In this document: positions 1 through 7,059 of the stretch, piece after piece | Layout of the letters: every line of letters starts with the position of its first letter | How positions within the stretch are numbered: position 1 is the stretch's first letter | DNA from: Gemmatimonadota bacterium | Lineage (GTDB): Bacteria; Gemmatimonadota; Gemmatimonadetes; Gemmatimonadales; GWC2-71-9 | Length of the DNA stretch: 16,900 nt | Direction: 5' to 3' | Assembly: GCA_039586365.1 (NCBI GenBank) | Contig: JBDHKN010000096.1 | Span: 1-16,900 of the forward strand | The notes under the pieces: model-generated | Database searches by the model: none | What the model saw: only the letters and a program-made list of their open reading frames with translations | Told to the model about the DNA's origin: nothing | Made by a program: the position numbers and the translations under genes

Positions 1-2444
1 GCAGCGCGCCACCGTGTGTTGTCTCCGAGCAGGAAGGGCCGATCGAGCTGCGCGAGCCACCGGTCGATCTCCAACGCCTCTTCTCGCTGTCCCATGTGCG
101 CTAGAGCTACTGCTCGGTACCCTCGGTAGTCGAGGTTGTCGGGTGCCTCCGCGCTCAGCGCGGCGAACAGGGTGTCGGCGTCAGACCAGCGCTCGGCGTA
201 GTAGAACGCTCTTGCGCGATCGTAGGGCACGTTGCCGCCCAAGCTGCTCGCCGGCCGTGTAGCAAACCAGGTGAGAGCCCGGTCCATCGCCGCCTCGTAG
301 GCTTCCCGATGCCCATGGACCTTGAGCTCGAGGGCCACCCACACCGGTCGCAGACCCAGTCCGTACCTCTCCTGCGCCGGCAGACCTGCGATTACGTCGA
401 GCAGCGAGTCAACTTCTGACAGCCGGCCGAGGGCCGCTAGCGCGGCCAGCTGCTGGTCCAGTATCCTGAAGTGATTCGGGAACCGCTCGAGTCCGCGCAG
501 GGCAACGTCCAGTTCCTCCTGGTACCGCCCGAGCAGGTGATAGGCCTGCGCAGTAAGCGTCCACCAGGCCACCCAACGGCTGTAGCAGGGAGAGTCGAGA
601 TCCGTGGCGTGCAGATACTCGAGTGCACTCGCGAGGCGGTTCATCCGATACGCATTTATGCCCGCGTGGTAGCCATAGCTGCCAGGTTGGATGCGGAACA
701 GCTGCTCGACGGCGCGAGTTACTTCAGCCCGGTCACCGTAGAGATTGCCGTGATGGTGTTCCCACAGCAGTCGCTCGGCCGTGCTCAGTTGCTCCATTAG
801 TGGCTCAATGAGTCGGAGCACGGAGTCAGATTCGCGGCGATAGCCCGCATTCCAGTACGAAAACATGACGTATAGCAGCAGAGGTGCGAAGTCTGGAGCT
901 TCCTCCAGCGCCAGCTGCGCCTCGTCGATCGCTTCCCGCGGCCGCCCTCGGCAGAACATGTCCTGCGTCGCCATCATCCTCCTGAAGATCTCCAGGGAGG
1001 GAGGGCTCGACCACTGTGCAAAGGCGTGGCCGGGATTCAGCATCGCCATCGTAGCGGCGGTGACGCGTTCCCCCAGAACGGCCGCTACCGCCTCCAGCGA
1101 GTCCACGGGGCCGGAAACCGGGTCCAGCGCCCGTAGCATCTCCCCGGACGCCGCGTCCATTAGCTCGACGTCAAACCGCAAGCGGCCGGCGGACACGGTG
1201 TAGCTCCCCGCTACCGCGTAGCGTGCCGCGGTCCGACGGGCGATCTCACGTATCGGTAGGCCCACGGCTGGATCCACTTCACGCAATGCGTCTCGCACCA
1301 CGCTAGCCGGCACAACCGTGACGAAGCCCGCACGATCGATCGCTCGCGTCACGAAATCCGCGGCCATATATCCCCAATCGGCCGCCGCTGGATCAGCCGC
1401 GCGATTCTCCAGGGGTGCCACGACGAGCCGGTTGATGACCTCCTCGCCCACCAGCGAGTCAGCCCCGGACCGACTGCCCTTGAACAGCACCACGCCCAGT
1501 GCCACGATCACTGCAGTGGCAGCCAATACTGCAACCCAGTGCCAGGTTGGTCTCTTCTCACGCCGTTTGGTAGATAAAACCTCCACCCGCTCCGGCGTCA
1601 CTCCCTCGCCAGGTGTCGCCAACGCCTGCACGAACTGCTGCGCCGTCGCGAACCGATCCGCCGGAGTCTTCGCTAAAGCCTTCGTGAGCGCCGCCTCGAC
1701 CGAGGCCGGCACAGTCTCCCGCACCACCGAGATCCGCGGCGTTGGCTCATTCAACTTCTTCGCTATCAGCGCCTGTGGAGTGGACGCTGTGTACGGCGCG
1801 TCACCACTCAACATCTCGTACAAGACACAACCGAGACTGTAGAGATCGCTACGCGCATCGATATCCTGATCACCAGCCGCCTGCTCCGGACTCATGTAAG
1901 CCGGCGTCCCCACAGCGAGTCCCGTTTCGGTCAAGCGCGCGCTGCCCGCGGAACTCACCGCACGCGCAATCCCGAAGTCGCTCACCACCGCATGCCCCGC
2001 CTCGAACAGGATGTTCTCCGGCTTGATGTCGCGATGCACGAGTCCGAGTGAGTGGGCGTAACCCATCGCGTCGGCCACTTCGCTGGTGATCTGGAGTGCG
2101 TCTTCGAGAGAGAGCTGCTTCTCGCGCGTGATGCAGTCACGCAGCGACTCGCCCTCCATGAAGGGCATGGTGTAGTAGAGCAGTCCGTCGACCGCGCCGC
2201 AGTCGTACAAGGCAAGGATGTTTGGGTGGTTGAGCCGTGCTGAGATCTCGATCTCACGCAGGAACCGTTCGCCACCGAGTGAAGCGGCGAGTTCCGGCCG
2301 CAGGACCTTGAGGGCGACCGCTCGATTGAGCTTCAGGTCGTGAGCCAGGTACACGGTCGCCATGCCGCCGGCGCCGAGTTCGCGCTCGATGGCGTAGCGA
2401 TCGGCGAGGGCTGCAGTCAGTCGAGTAAGGACATCGTCACTCAT
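1..2444 (-). CDS. Hanks-type Ser/Thr protein kinase with TM helix, TolB-N-like segment and TPR-like C-terminal region (3'-partial, runs off window)
   Basis: Manual translation from ATG 2444 (MSDDVLTRLTAALADRYAIERELGAGGMATVYLA...) stays open to the window edge. Motifs GAGGMATV, VALK, HRDIKPEN, DFG, GTPAYMSPE, DLYSLG; TM segment WVAVLAATAVIVALGVVLF; then RLVVAPLEN and helical TPR-like repeats. Probably missing from the ORF track because its stop lies outside the window. Confidence 0.95.
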   Translation of the reverse strand, partial: MSDDVLTRLTAALADRYAIERELGAGGMATVYLAHDLKLNRAVALKVLRPELAASLGGERFLREIEISARLNHPNILALYDCGAVDGLLYYTMPFMEGESLRDCITREKQLSLEDALQITSEVADAMGYAHSLGLVHRDIKPENILFEAGHAVVSDFGIARAVSSAGSARLTETGLAVGTPAYMSPEQAAGDQDIDARSDLYSLGCVLYEMLSGDAPYTASTPQALIAKKLNEPTPRISVVRETVPASVEAALTKALAKTPADRFATAQQFVQALATPGEGVTPERVEVLSTKRREKRPTWHWVAVLAATAVIVALGVVLFKGSRSGADSLVGEEVINRLVVAPLENRAADPAAADWGYMAADFVTRAIDRAGFVTVVPASVVRDALREVDPAVGLPIREIARRTAARYAVAGSYTVSAGRLRFDVELMDAASGEMLRALDPVSGPVDSLEAVAAVLGERVTAATMAMLNPGHAFAQWSSPPSLEIFRRMMATQDMFCRGRPREAIDEAQLALEEAPDFAPLLLYVMFSYWNAGYRRESDSVLRLIEPLMEQLSTAERLLWEHHHGNLYGDRAEVTRAVEQLFRIQPGSYGYHAGINAYRMNRLASALEYLHATDLDSPCYSRWVAWWTLTAQAYHLLGRYQEELDVALRGLERFPNHFRILDQQLAALAALGRLSEVDSLLDVIAGLPAQERYGLGLRPVWVALELKVHGHREAYEAAMDRALTWFATRPASSLGGNVPYDRARAFYYAERWSDADTLFAALSAEAPDNLDYRGYRAVALAHMGQREEALEIDRWLAQLDRPFLLGDNTRWRA

Positions 2445-2513
2445 GTGGGACGGTCCCTGACGTGGTTGAGGCCTAAACTACGTGCGGACTGAAGGACGGG
2501 CCAGGCAAGGACG

Positions 2514-2541
2514 GGCGATTGACGATTGACGAGTGACGATC
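2514..2541 (-). repeat. Heptamer tandem array, about 4 units, (CGTCAAT)-type on the minus strand
   Basis: Plus strand reads ggcgatt gacgatt gacgagt gacgatc. Confidence 0.8.
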
Positions 2542-2614
2542 GGCGACGAGCAACCGGGCTCGTCAGCCCGTGACCCTCACACGTGTGAGACGCCCTTTCG
2601 TTTGCCATCCGCCC

Positions 2615-2776
2615 TCACCGCTCCAACCGCATCACTCGCAGCAGTTCGGGGTATCGTGGGTGGTCCCGCAGGTTGTCGTTGAGCGGATGCCGAATGTCCC
2701 ATTGGATCTGAGGATCACGCGTCTCTGCCGCTCGTATGAGCCAATCGATGGCCGCGTCGAGACTGTCCAGTCCCAC
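2615..2776 (-). pseudogene. C-terminal remnant of a TPR-type protein (tail typical of kinase/TolB-TPR proteins)
   Basis: Translates VGLDSLDAAIDWLIRAAETRDPQIQWDIRHPLNDNLRDHPRYPELLRVMRLER*. This matches the A..WL..A...RDP......P..D.LR..PR...LL..M.L terminal pattern of that family. The upstream part of the gene is replaced by unrelated sequence. Confidence 0.7.
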
Positions 2777-3007
2777 ATCCGCGAGTTGTCGTTGACGTAC
2801 TCGCTGCCGCAGAGCTGGGGCTCGATCTTCGCGTCCAGCCGCTGGAGCTTCACGCTGGCGGGGCGCAACCTGTGGGGTTGGACCAAGTACAAGGGATATG
2901 GCGATCCGGAGGTGCAGTTCAATTCAACCTCCACCTTCACCCGAGTGGACTACGCATCGACGCCACAGACGCGACGTATTACGGCGGGGGTGCGGGTGAG
3001 CTTTTGA
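2777..3007 (+). pseudogene. C-terminal remnant of a SusC/RagA-like TonB-dependent outer membrane receptor
   Basis: IRELSLTYSLP...FTLAGRNLWGWTKYKGYGDPEV...YASTPQTRRITAGVRVSF* matches the SusC-type end (RxxSLxYxLP, GRNL..TxYxG.DPE, P..R....G....F). Only 76 aa remain. The first half of track ORF 2570..3007 is the antisense of the TPR remnant. Confidence 0.85.
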
Positions 3008-3543
3008 GGGGGCGGGAAGTAGTCGGAGCAGTGTGACGTGCAGCAGCGAATTGCGCTTGCAGCTCGGCGAGTGGCGCAGGTGTGCGCTCGCCTGCAGAGT
3101 ATGTCGCCTAGCTCAGCCTCACAAGGTGTGAGTGCAGCCGTCGTTGCATTCCCGCTCCGAGCAGAGCGGGCTTTGCCGAGAAGATCGTCCTGTTGCGCGT
3201 CCTATCCTGCAAGATCCGTCGTTCTGCCCCTGGAGACAGGTATGCTAGCGACGTCCAGAGGTGTCGGCTGGGTGGCAGAAATCAGCGGAGGCTTGGTAGT
3301 TAGCTGACGTACCGATGAAGGGCTGAATGAGCCAGCGTGGCCCTTCCGTCCATGTGTCCTCACCAGTCCACCCAGATCAATCTCAGCAGGTCAGGGTATC
3401 GCCGTGTTTGCCATCGGCTGGGCCGCGGCCATTGGGTGGCCCGTGAGCTCCGTGGGTTGGGTTGACTACCATGTCGGCATTTTGCATGGCATTCTAACGG
3501 CATGCCTAGCACGTCCTGAGCGGACTTGGCGAGCGGGGGGATT

Positions 3544-3571
3544 CACGAGTAACGACTGACGATTGACGATT
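3544..3571 (-). repeat. Heptamer tandem array, about 4 degenerate units
   Basis: Plus strand reads cacgagt aacgact gacgatt gacgatt; inverted relative to the array at 3722. Confidence 0.75.
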
Positions 3572-3701
3572 AATTGGCGCGGATTCCTGCACCCCACCCA
3601 AGAACTCTAACTCATTCAACGACAAGTTTTGACGAGAGATCCTCGTTAGGGATGTCCACCTCAGCTGAGGAGCTTCCCGGTCCGGTTGACGATTAATTGG
3701 C
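3563..3701. repeat. Pair of exact 16-bp direct repeats TTGACGATTAATTGGC
   Basis: Copies at 3563-3578 and 3686-3701, separated by 107 bp. Confidence 0.85.
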
Positions 3702-3721
3702 AGCCTGATTGCCGCGCCGTT

Positions 3722-3756
3722 CGTCACTCGTCACTCGTCAATCGTCAATCGTCAAT
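3722..3756 (+). repeat. Heptamer tandem array, 5 units CGTCA(A/C)T
   Basis: cgtcact cgtcact cgtcaat cgtcaat cgtcaat. Confidence 0.9.
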
Positions 3757-3798
3757 CGAAACCGCCTGGCAACCCCTCCCGTAGGGCAATTAACCTCC

Positions 3799-3830
3799 TT
3801 CGACATAACCCGACATTCGACATAGGTCAA
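3799..3830. promoter_or_regulatory. Putative PadR autoregulatory operator (two tandem imperfect palindromes)
   Basis: TCGACATAGGTCAA (3817-3830, 10/14 self-complementary) and the weaker TCGACATAACCCGA (3800-3813). TTCGACATA occurs twice, and the site ends 5 bp before the PadR GTG. Confidence 0.5.
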
Positions 3831-3835
3831 TATAA

Positions 3836-4159
3836 GTGCCTAAAAAACAAGAACTTACCCTCAGGATGGTAATGGTCCTTCACTCCCTGGCCCGGGGCTG
3901 CCGCTACGGGTTCGACATCATGGAGGACACCGGGCTGGCAAGCGGGACGATCTACCCGGCCCTGGCGCGACTGGAGGACCTGGGTCTCGCAGCCTCGGAG
4001 TGGGAAGAGAGCGGGATCGCCCAGCGGGAGAAGCGCCCGCCCAGGCGCTATTACCAGATAACCGACGAGGGCAGCCGGGCGCTCGCGCTGGCCCTGGAGA
4101 AACACCGCTCCTTGGCGCCGGTGGACCTGCCGGGCGGATTGGAGCCGCGGATCCCGTAG
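3836..4159 (+). CDS. PadR-family winged-helix transcriptional regulator
   Basis: YGFDIMEDTGLASGTIYPALARLEDLGL..SEWE....RPPRRYYQITDEG is the PadR signature. GTG start with no obvious SD; ATG 3866 is an alternative start. Confidence 0.93.
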   Translation: MPKKQELTLRMVMVLHSLARGCRYGFDIMEDTGLASGTIYPALARLEDLGLAASEWEESGIAQREKRPPRRYYQITDEGSRALALALEKHRSLAPVDLPGGLEPRIP

Positions 4160-4162
4160 CCC

Positions 4163-6850
4163 ATGAGACTACCCTCGCGCCAGCGGCGCCCTCCGGGCAT
4201 CGTGCCTGGAACCCGGACCAGCAACGACTACCCGGCCCGGCTCAGGTGGAGCCTCGCCCTGATCCGGCTCGCCGGACGGATAGTCCCCCGGCGGCGCCGC
4301 TCTGAATGGCAGGAACAATGGCACGCCGAGCTGATCCACCGCTGGCAGCGGCGGGAGGAAATCAGCCGGTCGCACGCCCAACCGACGCGCGGCCTGGTCC
4401 TGTGGTCGCTGGGCGCTTTCTCACACGCTTGGTATCTGTTCAGAACGGAGTACACGATGGACTTGATCTGGCAGGACGTGAAGTTCGGCATCCGGGCGCT
4501 CAAGCGGGGGAAAGGCCTGATTGCGGTGGCGGTCCTCTCGCTCGCGATCGGCATCGGCGCGAACACCAGCATCTTCAGCGCGGTCGACGTCTTCATGCTG
4601 CGGCCGCTGCCCTATCCCGACTCGGACGAGCTACACGTGCCGTGGATCACGAATCAAGAGCGGGGCTGGACTCAGGTGTCTTACTCGATGCCTGACTTTG
4701 TGGACCTCAGGGAACAGAGCACGACCATGCTGGTGGCGGCCACCACAGGGACCAGCTTCAATCTGTCCGGCGGAGACCGGCCGGAGCGGCTCACGGGCAG
4801 GAGCGTGTCGGCCAACTTCTTCCAGGTGCTGGGCGTGCAACCTAGCCTGGGCCGCGGCTTCACACCCGACGAGGAACGGGAGGGACAGGGTCACGTCGCC
4901 GTCATCTCAGACGGCCTGTGGAAGCGGCGCTTCGGGGCGGACCCGAGCGCCGTCGGAAGCACTCTGCTATTGGACGGCGAGACCTACACCATCGTCGGCG
5001 TGATGCAGCCCCGGTTCTGGTATCTCTACCCCGGCAATGAGATCTACACGCCACTGACCGTCACAGGGGAGGAGCCCCGTGACGGCCATTACCTCCACCT
5101 GCTCGGCCGCCTCAGAGATGGAGTGGACGCCAGACAGGCGCAGCAGGAGACGCACCACATCCAGCAACAGCTAGCGCTCGAGTACCCCGAGACCAGCGCG
5201 GGCCACGGCGCCACGATGTGGTCGCTGCACGAGGACATCTTCGACGAAGGGTTCAAGGCAGGAACTCTGATTGCCACGGTCGCTGTGGCTTTCGTGCTGC
5301 TCATAGCCTGCGCCAATGTGGCGAACCTGTTGCTCACCCACGCCTCCGGGCGAGACCGCGAGGTGGCGCTTAGGGGTGCCCTCGGCGCCAACCGTTCGCG
5401 GATCGTGCGCCAGTTCCTGACAGAGGCCATCATGGTATCGGTTATGGGCGGTGTGCTGGGACTGGCCCTCTCGATAGTGGGTATTCGCAGCTTGGTGTCC
5501 CTGATGCCGGCCTCGTTCCCACGGGTACAAGAGATCGGCCTGAGCCCGCGCGTGCTGTTGTATACCGCAGCGGTGACCATGCTGACCGGCATCATCTTCG
5601 GGCTCGCTCCTGCGCTCCAGAGTAGCCGGCACAACGTCGTCGATGCTCTCAAAGAGGGCGGTCGGGTTGGAGCTAAATCCGCGGGCGTGGGCCTCAGGAA
5701 GGCCTTGGTCGTCGGCGAGGTGTCGCTCGCCCTGGTGCTGCTCGTGTCGTCCGCGCTGCTGGTGCAGGGTTTCGCCCGGATCCGACTGGCCGACTTGGGC
5801 TTCGACCGGTCAGACGTGCTCACGATGGAGGTGGTACTCCCCCCGCACGACTACCCCGACACCGCCTCGGTAGCTGCCTTCTACACCGAAGCGGCGGCGC
5901 GACTCGCAGCCGTTCCGGGAGTCGAGACGGTCGGTGCCACCTCAATCCTCCCGCTCCAGGGTGGGAGCGGGACCTATTACACCGTCCCGGGGGAAGACGC
6001 GGAGGACGACTCACAGCGCAAGGTGACCGGCTACAGGTACATCCTCCCAGGGTACTTCGACGCGATGGACATCCCGCTATTGCGCGGCCGAGGTATCACA
6101 GAATCCGACCGGGCGGGACTGCCTCGGGTGCTCGTAATCAACGAGACCATGGCGCAGCGCCACTGGCCGGGCGAAGACCCCGTCGGTCTCCAAATCTCGT
6201 TCTATTCGGGTCCCCGAGAGATAGTGGGAATAGTCGCCGACACGAAGGACGGGGGAGCGGACGACACCGTCGGGCCCATGGTCTACTTCTCAGCTTATCA
6301 GGGCCTGCCGCGCTTCATAGACTGGGCCATCGAGACCAGCGGCCCGCCCGAAGCGCTGGCGGAAGCGGCCCGTGCCGAAATCCACTCGATCGACTCCAAC
6401 CTGCCGGTGTACGATGTCATGTCGCTGGACGCTGTGATCGAAGAGTCGCTGGGCGGTGACACGATCATGGCCAAGATCATGGCAGCGTTGGCCGTAATCG
6501 CCCTGGTCCTCGCACTAGGCGGGGTCTACGGCGTGATGGCTTACACGGTATCCCAACGCACCCAGGAACTGGGTATCCGTCGAGCGCTGGGAGCCCAGAA
6601 CCGCGACGTGTTGTCTCTGGTGGTGCGCCAGGGAACGGCCTTGGCCTTGTTCGGTGTCGGCGTCGGCACCGTCGTTGCGCTCGGCGTAGCGCGCGGGCTG
6701 TCACGCTTCCTGTTCGGAGTGAGTCCGTTTGATCCCGTGACGTACGCTTCGGTCGCTATTGCACTTCTCACTGCCGGCCTGGCAGCCAGCTATTTCCCGG
6801 CCCGCCGCGCGACCAAGGTGGATCCGATCGTGGCGCTCAGGGTGGAGTAG
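4163..6850 (+). CDS. ADOP-type duplicated orphan ABC permease (two MacB periplasmic + FtsX-like halves) with an N-terminal prefix domain
   Basis: MDLIWQDVKFGIRAL..., SLAIGIGANTSIFS, LLIACANVANLLL, REVALRGALGA; second half GGVYGVMAYTVSQRTQELGIRRALGA; terminal PARRATKVDPIVALRVE. No ATPase gene adjacent. Confidence 0.95.
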   Translation: MRLPSRQRRPPGIVPGTRTSNDYPARLRWSLALIRLAGRIVPRRRRSEWQEQWHAELIHRWQRREEISRSHAQPTRGLVLWSLGAFSHAWYLFRTEYTMDLIWQDVKFGIRALKRGKGLIAVAVLSLAIGIGANTSIFSAVDVFMLRPLPYPDSDELHVPWITNQERGWTQVSYSMPDFVDLREQSTTMLVAATTGTSFNLSGGDRPERLTGRSVSANFFQVLGVQPSLGRGFTPDEEREGQGHVAVISDGLWKRRFGADPSAVGSTLLLDGETYTIVGVMQPRFWYLYPGNEIYTPLTVTGEEPRDGHYLHLLGRLRDGVDARQAQQETHHIQQQLALEYPETSAGHGATMWSLHEDIFDEGFKAGTLIATVAVAFVLLIACANVANLLLTHASGRDREVALRGALGANRSRIVRQFLTEAIMVSVMGGVLGLALSIVGIRSLVSLMPASFPRVQEIGLSPRVLLYTAAVTMLTGIIFGLAPALQSSRHNVVDALKEGGRVGAKSAGVGLRKALVVGEVSLALVLLVSSALLVQGFARIRLADLGFDRSDVLTMEVVLPPHDYPDTASVAAFYTEAAARLAAVPGVETVGATSILPLQGGSGTYYTVPGEDAEDDSQRKVTGYRYILPGYFDAMDIPLLRGRGITESDRAGLPRVLVINETMAQRHWPGEDPVGLQISFYSGPREIVGIVADTKDGGADDTVGPMVYFSAYQGLPRFIDWAIETSGPPEALAEAARAEIHSIDSNLPVYDVMSLDAVIEESLGGDTIMAKIMAALAVIALVLALGGVYGVMAYTVSQRTQELGIRRALGAQNRDVLSLVVRQGTALALFGVGVGTVVALGVARGLSRFLFGVSPFDPVTYASVAIALLTAGLAASYFPARRATKVDPIVALRVE

Positions 6851-6938
6851 CCGGGCCACCAGCTCACGTCTGGCAGGAGTCGCAGACAACCGGTCCGTAG
6901 ACACGGCGCCCTGCACCGCTGAGCTGCCGGGCTCATGG

Positions 6939-6980
6939 CGTCAATCGTCAATCGTCACTCGTCAATCGTCAATCGTCGAT
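6939..6980 (+). repeat. Heptamer tandem array, 6 units, CGTCAAT consensus
   Basis: cgtcaat cgtcaat cgtcact cgtcaat cgtcaat cgtcgat. Confidence 0.92.
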
Positions 6981-7059
6981 TTCACTGCGGCTCTCCCGGG
7001 CGCACCGTTCCTGTGGCAAATTGGTGCGCTACGGTCCCCGCAGCCTCGAGACTGACAGC

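Noticed and set aside
14..2275. Track ORFs overlapping 1-2444 (e.g. 471..800, 865..1203, 1318..1842, 1982..2275)
   Set aside because: Antisense or off-frame shadows of the minus-strand kinase, with no recognisable motifs.
2570..3007. 145-aa ORF as an intact gene
   Set aside because: Its first half is the antisense of the TPR remnant; only the last 76 aa are SusC-like.
3038..3307. 89-aa ORF
   Set aside because: No recognisable domain and a Ser/Ala/Arg-rich composition typical of spurious GC-rich ORFs; not supported, though not strictly excluded.
3563..3701. CRISPR-like repeat-spacer
   Set aside because: Only two 16-bp repeats, a 107-bp spacer and no cas genes.
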